Positions 13,348 through 25,774 of a DNA stretch of 64,000 nt are shown here, one piece after another. Numbering within the stretch: position 1 is the stretch's first letter; each line of letters starts with the position of its first letter. Under the pieces are notes generated by a model. It was not told the DNA's origin and did no database searches. It saw only the letters and a program-made list of their open reading frames with translations. The translations under genes and the position numbers were made by a program. Source of the DNA: Mobula hypostoma (taxonomy: Eukaryota); the NCBI RefSeq assembly GCF_963921235.1, contig NC_086097.1, forward strand, positions 242,298,001 through 242,362,000. Direction: 5' to 3'.

Positions 13348-13422
13348 CAGGGGTTCCCAAACTTTTTCTATTCCACAGACACTGAACCCAGGGGTCCGTG
13401 GACCCGAGGTTGGGAACCCCTG
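13348..13422. mobile_element. hAT-family miniature element (75 bp)
   Basis: TIRs CAGGGGTTCCCAA / TTGGGAACCCCTG; 8-bp TSD ATCAACAG / ATCTACAG (7/8). Confidence 0.85.
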
Positions 13423-14381
13423 ATCTACAGGAAGCAGTGCCTCAAGAAGGCAACATCTATCATCAAGATCTCCAGCATCCAAGCCATACCGTCGTCTCAC
13501 ACCTCCCCTTTGTGAGACGATGGCATGGTACAGAAGCCTGAAGTCTTGTGGCACCAACGGAAAGCTAGAAGCAAACCTCTTACTCCAAAAGCAGGCAAAC
13601 TACAGGGTTTGAATTTCACACTTCATAGGTCACTAGGACAGAAGTATTGTCACGGAGTTGCCCAGTAAATTTAATGGTAAGAAAATGACAGCAGGTACAC
13701 ACCTGTACTTGCAAATGGGACCAAGTACGTCAAGCTCCTGTTATGGGGAATTACGCTGTCCACTCATGCCCATAATTCCCTGTGAACAAAGTCTTCTATT
13801 CATCCTGACTGCTCTGGAGCTCAGGTTGCAGGGGTGAAAAGGCCACATTTTAAATCAGAGTGAGAGCCAAGCTACAAAGACACTAATCTTTAAATATGAG
13901 CTGCAAAATGCAACTCAGACAGAAGCATGATTGTATCTGACTGACCTAAAGCTTCACAAAGTTATTTTCTAATAGAGGGTAATTCTTTTTTTCGAGATAT
14001 TGCTTCCAATCCTGAAACATTAAATCATCCAAAATTGTGATGGAAGTGTAAAACAATACAACTGTTGTCCATCTGACTTTTACAGAAAGCATATCTCAGG
14101 CGAGTAACTGCAGCTTTTGTTAACCATAGCTTACTGCCACGACCATTGATTGCAGTTGATGAAAAATTAATCATGCCATTGGTCATTAAACCTGCAATGT
14201 AGTTCAGAATTTTTGTCCCATAAAGATCAGAATCAGAAGCAGGTCATATCATCGACATATGCTGTAAAACTTGTTGATTTACGGCAGCAGTGCATTGCAA
14301 TATATACTAAAACCTGTAAATTACAGTAAGAAGTATGTTTATTCCATGTGTCCAGTCTCATCTATTTATGGTTTGTTTCAG

Positions 14382-14455
14382 TAGCCAATCTATCGTCAGG
14401 TGGTCCCCGTTCCCCAACCATTGGCATGGAGCTTGTTAATCTGGGCAACATCTGA
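14382..14455 (+). other. Candidate terminal coding exon (xANLSSGGPRSPTIGMELVNLGNI*) of an unidentified gene
   Basis: Non-repetitive sequence preceded by acceptor-like TTTGTTTCAG; open phase-1 frame to TGA; no homolog recognised. Confidence 0.2.
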
Positions 14456-14704
14456 GCTGGCATGACTCTTCTTGTTCTCGTCACTCTCAACCAAAGGTTT
14501 TTGTGGACAGATGTAACGTGAGCGCGAGGAGTCCATAGATGGGAGAGTGGCTCCAACAGATCCCGGGAACAACATCTGAGATCCTGGTCCAGGAGAGCGC
14601 ACTACTAGAAACAGCAAGGATACCGTGCTGAACGCTTGAGATCCTAGGCCTCTGGCAGAGGACTTAGATTTGAGGGAAAAATACACATGCACACCACCCA
14701 TAAG

Positions 14705-15290
14705 GGGTGAGGGAAAAATATATAGATATCAAAAATTTTAATTAAGTAAGTATTTCAAAAAATGAAAAAAATATAGTGAAGTAGTGTTCACGGGTTCATT
14801 TCCATTCGCTAATCTGATGGCAGAGCGGAAGAAGCTGTTCCTGAATTGTTGAGCGTGTACCTCCTCCCTGATGGTAACAATGGGAAGAGGGCATGTCCTG
14901 GGTGATGGGGATTACTAATGATGGATGCCACCCTTCTCCTTGAAGGTATCCTGGATGCTGGGGAGGCTTATTCTCATGATGGAGCTGACTGAGTTTACGA
15001 TTTTCTGACCCTGTGCGGTGGCCCCTCCATACCAGACGGTGATGCAGCCAGTTAGAATGCTCTCCATGGTACACCAGTAGAAATTTGCAAGCGTCACTGG
15101 TGACATACCAAATCCCCTCAAACTCTAAATGAAATACGGCTGCTACTGTGCCTTCATTGTGGCCGCATCAATGTGCTGGGTCCAGGCTAGATCCTCAGAG
15201 ATGCTGACACTCAGGAACTCGAAATTGCTCACCCTTTCCACTTCTGATCCCTTGATGAGTACTGGTATGTGTTCCCTCCTCTTACCTGTC
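14705..15290 (-). mobile_element. Rex1/Babar-type LINE 3' fragment
   Basis: ORF 14915..15121: [29 protein letters not shown]. Confidence 0.8.
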
Positions 15291-15367
15291 TGCAAGCAAG
15301 TGAATTGCAGTAAACAATGTAAAAATTTCTAGTCTTGGTTTACTTCTTCATTTCCAATGGCTCCATG

Positions 15368-15620
15368 CACTCAGTGGCCACTTTATTAGGTACAGGAGGT
15401 CCACACTCTGGTTGGATGCGTTGTGCGTTCAGAGATGCTCTTCTACCCACCACTGTTGTTCCATGTGGTTCTTTGAGTTAATCTCGCCTTCCTGTCAGCT
15501 TGAACCAGTACGGCCATTCTCCTCAGACCTCTCTCATTAAAAAGCATTTTCGCCCACAGCACTGTTGCTCACTGGAGTTTTTGTTTCCACCATTCTCTGT
15601 AAACTCCAGAGACTGTTGTG
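15368..15620. mobile_element. Tc1/mariner-like non-autonomous element fragment
   Basis: Begins CACTCAGTGGCCACTTTATTAGGTACA, resembling fish Tc1-like TIR starts; second TIR not found. Confidence 0.55.
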
Positions 15621-15764
15621 AACCAGAATCGGGTTTAATATCATCGATGTATGTTGTGAAGTTTGTTAACTTTGTGGCAGCAGTACAATGTAATACATGA
15701 TAATATAGAAAAAACTGTGAATTTAAGTATATATATGTATATTACGTAGTTCAATTATCAGAGT

Positions 15765-17095
15765 CAGAATCAGAATCAGGTTTATTATCACCGGCAATGT
15801 GACATGCAATTTGTTAACTTAGCAGCAGCAGTTCAATGCAATACATAGTCTAGCAAAGAAAAAAAAAAATAAATAAAATAATAATAATAAATAAACAAGT
15901 AAATCAATTATGTATATTGAATACATTTTTTTAAATGTGCAAAAACAGAAATACTGTATATTAAAAAAAAGTGAGGTAGTGTCGAAGGGTTCAATGTCCA
16001 TTTAGGAACCGACTGCAGAGGGGAAGAAGCTGTTCCTGAATCGCTGAGTGTGTGCCTTCAGGCTTCTGTACCTCCTACCTGATGGTAAAAGTGAGAAAAG
16101 GGCATGCCCTGGGTGCTGAAGGTCCTTAATAACGGACACTGCCTTTCTGAGACACCGCTCCCTGAAGATGTCTGGGGTACTTTGTAGGGTAGTACCCAGG
16201 ATGGAGCTGACTAGATTTACAACCCTCTGCAGCTTCTTTCAGTCCTGTGCAGTAGCCCCTCCATACCAGACAGTGATGCAGCCTGTCAGAATGCTCTCCA
16301 TGGTACAACTATAGAAGATTTTGAGTGTATTTGTTGACAAGCCAAATCTCTTCAAACTCCTAATGAAGTATAGCCGCTGTCTTGCCTTCTTTATAACTAC
16401 ATCGATATGTTGGGACCAGGTTAGATCCTCAGAGATCTTGACACCCAGGAACTTGAAACTGTTCACTCTCTCCACTTCTGATCCCTCTGTGAGGATTGGT
16501 ATGTGCTCCATCGTCTTACCCTTCCTGAAGTCCACAATCAGCTCTTTCATCTTACTGACATTGAGTGCCAGGTTGTTGCTGCGACACCACTCCACTAGTT
16601 GGCATATCTCACTCCTGTACGCCCTCTCATCACCATCTGAGATTCTACCAACAATGGTTGTATCATCAGCAAATTTATGAGCTGTGCCTAGCCACATAGT
16701 CATGTGCTTTCAGAGAGTAGAGCAGTGGGCTAAGCACACACCCCTGAGGTGTGCCAGTGGTGATCGTCAGCAAGGAGGATATGTTATCCTCCTTCTGTAC
16801 TGATCCGTACAGATTGTTGTCTTCCAGTTAGGAAGTCGAGGCTCCAGTTGCAGAGGGAGGTACAGAGGCCCAGGTTCTGCAACTTCTCAATCAGGATGGT
16901 ATTAAATGCTGAGCTACAGTTGATGAACAGCATCCTGACATAGGTGTCTGGGTTGTCCAGGTGGTCTAAAGCCGTGTGAAGAGCCACTGAAATTGTGATT
17001 GACGTTGGCCTATTGTGGCGATAGGCAAATTGCAATGGGTCCAGGTCTTTGCTGAGGCAGGAGTTCAGTCTAGTCATGACCAAACTCTCAAAGCA
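15765..17095 (-). mobile_element. Rex1/Babar-type LINE, 5'-truncated, frameshifted RT
   Basis: ORFs 16784..17164 and 16239..16703: [44 protein letters not shown]; (TTCTGA)n tail. Confidence 0.9.
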
Positions 17096-17109
17096 TATAT
17101 AGTAATTAA

Positions 17110-18065
17110 TAGCGCCTACCGGATGGGAGGAGAGAAAAAGGTCCATGGATAGGGTGAGATGCATCCTTGATAATGCTTTTCGCCCTGCCCAGGCAACGTT
17201 TTGTGGTAGATGTTCTCAATGGTGGGCAATTAGGTGCCGATAATCCGCTGGGCAGTTTTCACCACACTCTGGAGTGCTTTGCGGTCCGATACGGGACAAT
17301 TGCCATATTACACTGAGATGCAGTTGGTGAGTATGTTCTCAATGGTACAGCGGTAAAAGTCCATCAGTATCCTGAGACAGAGGTGAGCTTTCTTGATGCT
17401 CCGCAGGAAGTAAAGGCGCTGTTGTGCCTTTTTGATCAGGATGGAGGAGTTCAGGGACCAGGTGAGATCCTCGGAAATGTGGACACCAAGGAATTTGAAG
17501 CTTGATACATACTCCACTACAGCTCCGTTGATGTAGATGGGGACATGAGTGTGGCTCCTAGCATGCCTGAAGTCCACAATGATCTCCTTGGTTTTCTGGG
17601 TGTTAAGGGCCAGGTTGTTATCGGCACACCACGCGGCCAGGTGCTGGACCTCATCCCTGTAGGCATCTCGTCATCCCCTCTGATCAGGCCAACCACCGTG
17701 GTGTCATCTGCGAACTTGATTATGGAGTTAGAACCATGTACAGGAACGCAGTCTTAGGTGAAAAGGGAGTACAGAAGAGGGCTCAGCACACAGCCCTGAG
17801 GCACGCCGGTGTTCAGGAGGAGAGTGCAGGAGGAGAGGTTGTCTAACTTAACTGATTGGGGTCTGTTGGTCAGAAAGTCCAAGGTCCAACTGCAGAGGGA
17901 TGAGCTGATACCAAGCTGGCGAAGTTTGGCGATCAGCTTGGAGGGGATGAGAGTATTGAATGCCGAACTAAAGTCAATGAACAGCATTCTGACGTAAGAG
18001 TTGGGGCTGTCCAGGTGGGTCAGGGCAGAGTGAAGTGCCGTGGAGATGGCGTCCTCTGTAGATCT
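17110..18065 (-). mobile_element. Rex1/Babar-type LINE RT fragment (second subfamily)
   Basis: ORFs 17754..17987 ([31 protein letters not shown]) and 17308..17577 (KKAQQRLYFLR). Confidence 0.9.
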
Positions 18066-19154
18066 GTTAGTGCGATAGGAAAATTAATGGAGGTCCAGCT
18101 CTTCTCAATCATTAGGAATAAAGACATGTCTGTGGCAGCATTATTACTCTCTAAAGTTCAAAGTAAATTTATCATCAAAGTACGTAAATGTCACTGTAAG
18201 CAGTACCATGCAAAAGTCTTAGGCACATATATAGCGACGGTACCTAAGATTTTTACATGGTACCATAGTAATTTTAATTATTGCACTATACTGCTGCTGG
18301 AAAAAAAAACAAATTTCATGACATGTGAGTGATGATAATCCTGATTCTGATATGGGTCTCTATTGTGGACTGAGAGTGGGAAGTGGGTAGGGAGAGGGGA
18401 ATCCTGGTTGGGAAAAGGGAAAGGAAGAGGGGAGGGAGTATGAAGTAACAGAGAGACATTCTGTATTGATCAATAAACCAATTGATTGGAATCAAATAAC
18501 CTTGCCTGGCATGTCTCAGTGCTGGGTGTGCCTGCATTTGCACAATGCCCACCCCTGGCACTCATTCTCTGCCACCTGTCCCACACCCCTTCCACGGCGC
18601 TTCTCCCTTACCATTCCCAACGTCCTTTGTTCCCGCCAGATTAACAAACGCACTCTGATCCACATTGACAAATACCGTATCGTGCAGATGCCTTAGGCAT
18701 CCCAGTTATGTATATGTGCCTAAAAATCTTTGCACAGCACTGTACTAACTTGAAGTTCATTGTCTTGCAGGCAATTACAGGAAAAGAAAAAAATACAATA
18801 GACAACTTATGAAAAATGGTACATAACGCAAGCAAACAACCAAATATGCAAAAGAAGTCAAATCGTAAAAATAAGTTTTAAAAAGTAAATAAATAATCCT
18901 GAGACCATGGGTGGCAGAGTTGTGGAGTCAGTCAGCGTAGAGATGACTGTAGTTATCCATGCCAGTTCACGACCTTGATGGTTGTCGAGCCTACTTTGTG
19001 ATGTTCCTTGCCTGCTGGCCCCTGGACAGATTCTCTGATGAGATAATGCTAAGGAATTTAATGTTATTCAAGAGTTACAAGTAAAATATGCTTTGATTCA
19101 GATTCATTTATTTACCACATGTGCATCAAAACACACAATGAGATGCGTCATTTG

Positions 19155-19857
19155 ACTCCCAGAAGGTTAGTGTACAGGCTGAGTCTGTGGTAAAGAAAAC
19201 AAATGCAGTGTCGGCATTTATTTCAAGAGGAATAGAACATAAAAGCAAGGAGATAATGCTGAGCCTTTATAAGACACTGGTCAGGCTGCACTTGGAGTAT
19301 TGTCAATAGTTTTGGGCTCCATATCTCAGAAAGGATGTGATCTCATTGGAGAAAGTTCAGAGGAGGTTCACGAGGATTTTTCTGGGAATGTAGGGGTTAA
19401 CATACGAGGAGTGTTTGGCAGCTTTGGGCCTGTACTCACTGGAATTTAGAAGAATGTGGGGGGGGGGGTCTCATCGAACCCTACCGAATGTTGAAAGGAC
19501 TAGATAGGGTGGATGTGGAGAGGATGTTTCCTATGGTGGGGGTATCCAGAACTAGAGGGCACACCAGCAAAAATGAAGGGTGACCTTTTAGAACTGAGGT
19601 AAGGAGAAAGTCTTTTAGCCAGAGAGTAGTAAATCTGTGTAAGGCTCTGCCACAGACTGTGGTGCAGGCCAAGTCCGTGGGTATACTTCAGACAGAAGTT
19701 GATCGTTTCCTGTTTGGTCAGAGGATCAAAGGATATGGCGAGAAGGCGGGTGTACGGGGTTGAGTGGGATCCAGGATCAGCCATGATGGAATGGTGGAGC
19801 AGACTCGATGGGCTGAATGGCCTCATTCTGCTCCTGTGTCTTATGGTCTGATGGTCT
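19155..19857 (+). mobile_element. CR1 LINE 3' fragment
   Basis: Homologous to CR1 ORF2 end (CACTTGGAGTATTG, GGAATTTAGAAGAATG) with typical 3' UTR ending GGCCTCATTCTGCTCCTGTGTCTTATGGTCT. Confidence 0.85.
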
Positions 19858-20482
19858 AATTTGTGTTAATAATCAACACAACATGAGGATATGTTTGAGG
19901 CATTCCACAAGTGTCATCACACAGTCCATTACCAACGTACCTGCCCACAACATTCAGCAGAACAACTCACGCCACTTGATTAATACCCAGTCCAGAACCT
20001 TAAATATTGATTTATTTGACCATGGTGCACAGAACGTACCATCTACAAAAACTGCTTGTTACTCACCTAAGCTACTCTGCCAACACCTCATATATCTGCA
20101 AACTCTCCTAGCAACAAAGGTTTTACTCAAACATTATAATTCAATTCACTTACATCCAAATATTATTTAAGATCATTAACATGGAACATGGAACAGTACA
20201 ACTCAGAAACAGGCCCTTTGGCCCACAATGTGCTGATCCAGCTAAAAGGTAAATCAGAAAGCACCCAAGATCTAATCCCTCCTACCAACACAATTCCTCT
20301 ATCTTCCTCATATTCCTGAGCCCCTTAAAAGCTTCTTGGATTATACCAGGCAGCACATTCCAGGGATCCACCACTCGCTGAGAAAAAACTTACCCCTCAC
20401 ATCCTTCTTGAACCTACCCTTCTCAACTTCAATGCATGCCCTCTGGTATGAGACATTTCAACACTAGGAAATAGATATTCCC

Positions 20483-21149
20483 GATGTGGCCTTCTATATA
20501 TTGGCGAGACCTGACGCAGATTGGGAGGTCGTTTCGCTGAACATCTACGCTCTGTCCGCCAGAGAAAGCACGATCTCCCAGTGGCCACACATTTTAATTC
20601 CACATCCCATTCCCATTCTGATATGTCTATCCACGGCCTCCTGTACTGTAAAGATGAAGCCACACTCAGGTTGGAGGAACAACACCTTATATTCCCTCTG
20701 GGTAGCCTCCAACCTGATGGCATGAACATTGACTTCTCAAACTTCCGCTAATGCCCCACCTCCCCCTCGTACCCCATCCGTTATTTATTTGTATACACAC
20801 ATTCTTTCCCTCTCTCTTCTTTTTCTCTCTCTGTCCCTCTGACTATACCCCTTGCCCATCCTTTGGGTTTCCCCCGCCTCTCCCTTTTCCTTCTCCCTGG
20901 GCCTCCAGTCCCATGATCCTCTCATATCCCCTTTGCCAATCACCTGTCCAGCTCTTGGCTCCATCCCTCCCCCTCCTGTCTTCTCCTATCATTTTGGATC
21001 TCCCCCTCCCCCTCCCACTTTCAAATCTCTTACTAGCTCTTCCTTCAGTTAGTCCTGACGAAGGGTCTCGGCCTGAAACGTCGACTGTACCTCTTCCTAT
21101 AGATGCTGCCTGGCCTGCTGCGTTCACCAGCAACTTTGATGTGTGCTAG
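20483..21149 (+). mobile_element. Young Penelope-like element, 5'-truncated: GIY-YIG endonuclease C-terminus plus terminal repeat
   Basis: Translates CGLLYIGET*RRLGGRFAEHLRSVR...LPVATHFN..H..SDM...LRLEEQHLIFPLGSLQPDGMNIDFSNFR* (stop 20749-20751); 11-bp TSD TAGATATTCCC at 20472-20482 and 21150-21160. Confidence 0.9.
21051..21086 (+). ncRNA. Minimal type I hammerhead ribozyme motif
   Basis: AGTC-CTGACGA-AGG(GTCTCGG)CCT-GAAA-CG-TC-GACT: helix I AGTC/GACT, intact core boxes, palindromic ACGT in place of helix III. Confidence 0.8.
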
Positions 21150-21524
21150 TAGATATTCCCTGTCTACTCTATCCGTGTCTCTCATAATCTCATAAACCTC
21201 TATCAGATCTCCCCTCAGCCTCTGCTGCTCCAGAGAAACAACTCAAGTTTGTCCACCTCTCGTGTTAGCATCTGTCCTCTAAACCAGGCAACATCCTTCT
21301 GCGCCCTCTCCAAAGCCTCAACGTCCTTCCTACGGGTGACCAGAACTATACACAGAACTCCAGATGTGACCTAACCAGAGTTCTATAAAGTTGCAACATA
21401 GCCTCTTGATTTTTGAAGTCAATGCCACGACTAATAAAAGCAAGTATTCCTTAAGCCTTTTTAACCAGACTATCAACTTGTGTAGCTACTTTCATGGAGC
21501 TATGAACTTGGACCCCAAGATCTA

Positions 21525-21947
21525 AACATAGAAACATGGAAAACCTAGAGCACAATACAGGCCATTCAGCCCACAATTCTGTGCCGAACATGTACTTACC
21601 TTAGAAATTACCTAGGGTTACCAATAGCACTCTATTTTACTAAGCTCCGTGTACCTATCCAGGAGCCTTTTAAAAGACCCTATTGTATCCGCCTCCACCT
21701 CCACCGCTGCTAGCAGCCCATTCCACGCACTCACCACTCTCTGCGTAAAAAACGTACCCCTGACATCTCCTCTGTACCTACTTCCAAGCACCTTAAAACT
21801 GTGTCCTCTCGTGTTAGCCATTTCAGCCCTGGGAAAAAGCCTCTGGCTATCCACACAATCAATGCCTCTCATCATCTTATACACCTCTGTCAGGTCACCT
21901 CTCATCCTCCGTCGCTCCAAGGAGAAAAGGCCAAATTCACTCATCCT
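21525..21947 (-). mobile_element. CR1 LINE 3' fragment
   Basis: ORF 21618..21944: GLFSLERRRMRGDL..FFTQRVVSAWNGL. Confidence 0.9.
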
Positions 21948-22286
21948 AAGGCATGAGAGGGCTGATCTCTCTGCTCAGCAACACCCTGTCTCATCTGGTT
22001 ATGCTGATGCCAAGGTTTATTATGTTCCCTTGTTTAGACAATTGTATTGCAGCATATTCTATGTTGGAGGAACTCAGCAGGTCACTCAGCATTCGTGGAG
22101 GGAATTAAACAGCCGATGTTTCGGGTCGAGACCCAGAGATGCACTCAACTGTTTATTTCATGCCCCCGATCCCCCATAGCTGCTGCCTGACCTGCAGATT
22201 TCTCCAGGACATTGTGTGCATTGCTCTGGATTTCCAGCATCTGCAGAATCCCTTGTGTCTCTGAGAGTTAAATCTGATTGGGTTAT

Positions 22287-23762
22287 CTAGTTCCTGAGGA
22301 TTGGAGGGTGGCTAATGTAACTCCACTTTTTAAAAAAGGAGGGAGAGAGAAACCGGGGAATTATAGACCGGTTAGCCTAACGTCGGTGGTGGGGAAACTG
22401 CTGGAGTCAGTTATCAAGGATGTGATAACAGCACATTTGGAAAGCGGTGAAATGATCGGACAAAGTCAGCATGGATTTGTGAAAGGAAAATCATGTCTGA
22501 CGAATCTCATAGAATTTTTTGAGGATGTAACCAGTAGAGTGGATAGGGGAGAACCAGTGGATGTGGTATATTTGGATTTTCAAAAGGCTTTTGACAAGGT
22601 CCCACACAGGAGATCAGTGTGCAAACTTAAAGCACATGGTATTGGGGGTAAGGTATTGATGTGGATAGAGAATTGGTTGGCAGACAGGAAGCAAAGAGTG
22701 GGAATAAACGGGACCTTTTCAGAATGGCAGGCAGTGACTAGTGGGGTACCGCAAGGCTCAGTGTTGGGACCCCAGTTGTTTACAATATATATTAATGACT
22801 TAGATGAGGGAATTAAGTGCAGCATCTCCAAGTTTGCGGATGACACGAAGCTGGGCGGCAGTGTTAACTGTGAGGAGGATGCTAAGAGGATGCAGGGTGA
22901 CTTGGATAGGTTAGGTGAGTGGGCAAATTCATGGCAGATACAATTTAATGTGGATAAATGTGAGGTTATCCACTTTGGTGGCAAAAACAGGAAAACAGAT
23001 TATTATCTGAATGGTGGCTGATTAGGAAAAGGGGAGGTGCAACGAGACCTGGGTGTCATTATACACCAGTCATTGAAAGTGGGCATGCAGGTACAGCAGG
23101 CGGTGAAAAAGGCAAATGGTATGCTGGCATTTATAGCGAGAGGATTCGAGTACAGGAGCAGGGAGGTACTACTGCAGTTGTACAAGGCCTTGGTGAGACC
23201 ACACCTGGAGTATTGTGTGCAGTTTTTCTTCCCTAATCTGAGGAAAGACATCCTTGCCATAGAGGGAGTACAAAGAAGGTTCACCAGATTGATTCCTGGG
23301 ATGGCAGGACTTTCATATGATGAAAGACTGGATCGACTAGGCTTATACTCGTTGGAATTTAGAAGATTGAGGGGGGATCTTATTGAAACATATAAAACCC
23401 TAAAGGGATTGGACAGGCTAGATGCAGGAAGATTGTTCCCGATGTTGGGGAAGTCCAGAACGAGGGGTCACAGTTTGAGGATAAAGGGGAAGCCTTTTAG
23501 GACCGAGATGAGGAAAAACTTCTTCACACAGAGAGTGGTGAATCTGTGGAATTCTCTGCCACAGGAAACAGTTGAGGCCAGTTCATTGGCTATATTTAAG
23601 AGGGAGTTAGATATGGCCTTTGTGGCTAAAGGGATCAGGGGGTATGGAGGGAAGGCTGGTACAGGGTTCTGAGTTGGATGATCAGCCATGATCATACTGA
23701 ATGGCGGTGCAGGCTTGAAGGGCCGAATGGCCTACTCCTGCACCTATTTTCTATGTTTCTAT
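22287..23762 (+). mobile_element. CR1 LINE, 5'-truncated, RT with one in-frame stop
   Basis: ORFs 22278..23021 and 23037..23672 in one frame split by CGA>TGA; NYRPVSLTS, YLDFQKAFDKVPH, YINDL, FADD; (TTTCTATG)n tail. Confidence 0.95.
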
Positions 23763-23834
23763 CTTCTGCCCTCTCATGCCCTCTAGGGGTTGAATGTCAC
23801 ATTACACTATTGTGCTGAGATAACATCAAGAATT

Positions 23835-24950
23835 AGAATCAGAATCAGATTTATTATCACCAGCATGTGACGTGAAATTTGTTAACTTAGCAGCAGCAGT
23901 TCAGTGCAATACATAATCTAGCAGAGAAAAAAATAAAAAAAATAATAATAATAAACAAACAAGTAAATCAATTACATATATTGAATAGATTTTTTTAAAT
24001 ATGCAAAAACAGAAATACTGTATATTTTTCAAAATAGTGAGGTAGTGTCCAAAGATTCAATGTCCATTTAGGAATCGGACAGCAGAGGGGAAGATGCTGT
24101 GCCAAAATTGCCGAATGCATGCCTTCAAGCTTCTGTATCTCCTACCTGATGGTAACAGTGAGAAAAGGTATGTCCTGGGTGCTGGAGGTCCTTAATAATG
24201 GACGCTGCCTTTCTGAAACACCACCCCCTGAAAATCTCCTGGGTACTTTGCAGGCTAGTATGCAAGATGGAGCTGACTAGATTTACAACCCTCTGCAGCT
24301 TCTTTCGGTCTTGTGCAGTAGCCCCTCCATACCAGACAGTGATGCAGCCTGTCAGAATGCTCTCCATGGTACAGCTATAGAAGTTTTTGAGTGTATTTGT
24401 TGACATGCCAAATCTCTTCAAACTCCCAATAAAGTATAGCTGCTGTCTTGCCTTCTTTATAACTACATCGATATGTTGAGACCAGGTTAGATCCTCAGAG
24501 ATCTTGACACTCAGGAAGTTGAAGCTGCTCACTCTCTCCACTTCTGATCCCTCTATGAGGATTGGTATGTGTTCCTTCGTCTTACCCTTCCTGAAGTCCA
24601 CAATCAGCTCTTTCGTCTTATTGAAGTTGAGTGCCAGGTTGTTTCTGTGACACCACTCCACTAGTTGGCATATCTCACTCCTGTATGCCCTCTCGTCACC
24701 ACCTGAAATTCTACCAACAATGGTTGTATGGTCAGCAAATTTACAGATGGTATTTGAGCTATGCCTGGCCACACAGTCATGTGTATATAGAGAGTAGAGC
24801 AGTGGGCTAAGCACACACCTCTGAGGTGTGCTAGTGTTGATCGTCAGCGTGGAGGATATGTTATCACCAATCCGTACGGATTGTGGTCTTCCGGTTAGGA
24901 AGTTGAGGATCCAGTTGCAGAGGGAGGTACAGAGGCCCAGGTTCTGCAAC
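23835..24950 (-). mobile_element. Rex1/Babar-type LINE, 5'-truncated
   Basis: ORF 24125..25078 RT motifs; near-identical to 15765-16880; (TTCTGA)n tail. Confidence 0.9.
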
Positions 24951-25774
24951 TTAGAATTAGAATTTATTTTATTTTTTACACCCATCTCACAAGATGAGGG
25001 AGTAAAAGTCTTGAAGTTGTGTCTCAGTTGCAATGTACAAGCAAAAGGGAAGGGAAAATGTGTGAGGATATTGCCCAAACACTAATATTGTCTCCAGAAT
25101 TGTTTTGTATACATGTATGTACAGTCAGATATGCAATCAGATCAATGTGTACTAATAAATCTGATGGCCTGGTAAAAGAAGTTGTCCCGGAGCCTGTTGG
25201 TCCAGGCCTTAATGCTGTGGTACCATTTGCTATATGGCAGCAGCTGAAACAGTTTGTGGTTGGGGTGGCTGAATTAGGGCCCTCCGGGTCCTTTTTACAC
25301 ACCTGCTACTGTAAGTGTCCTGAATAGAGGAACATTCACATCCACAGATGCACTGGACTGTCCGCACCTCTCCCTGCAGTGCCCTGTGATTCAGTTTCCT
25401 TACCAGGTGACACAGCCAGTCAGGATGCTCTTCATGGTGCCCCTGTAGAAAGTCCTGAGGATTTGGGAACTCATGTCAAGCATTTGGCTGCAGAATCGGT
25501 GTACACGTGATAAGTAAACGGATCCGAATCTGACATCGTGACATCAAAAACGGGGATGCTCACTCATGTTTCCGCAATGTACAAATCTGATCCCAACTCC
25601 TCAGCAAATGAAGCAGGACACACTGACCTGAACATCATTCAGACAAAGGTTGAAAAGAACCAAAGTTCAAAGTAAATTGATTATCAAATTACCTAAGTAT
25701 ATATCACTATATACAACCCTGAGATTCATTTTCTTGGGGGAGGGGGCACAAACTCAATAAATCTATAGAATAAC

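Larger units (their letters stand above)
20180..21520 (-). mobile_element. CR1 LINE 3' fragment interrupted by a Penelope-like insertion
   Basis: Antisense CR1 sequence on both sides of the TSD-flanked 20483-21149 insert. Confidence 0.75.

Noticed and set aside
20751..21149. Recurrent Pro/Ser/Leu-rich ORFs (SPDEGSRPETST..) as a small protein family
   Set aside because: Translations of the pyrimidine-rich Penelope terminal repeat; the conserved PDEGSRPETS is simply the hammerhead nucleotide motif, and frames vary between copies
25555..25650. Small unique segment with AG/GT boundaries on the minus strand
   Set aside because: Weak polypyrimidine tract, no recognisable peptide, no supporting neighbouring exons
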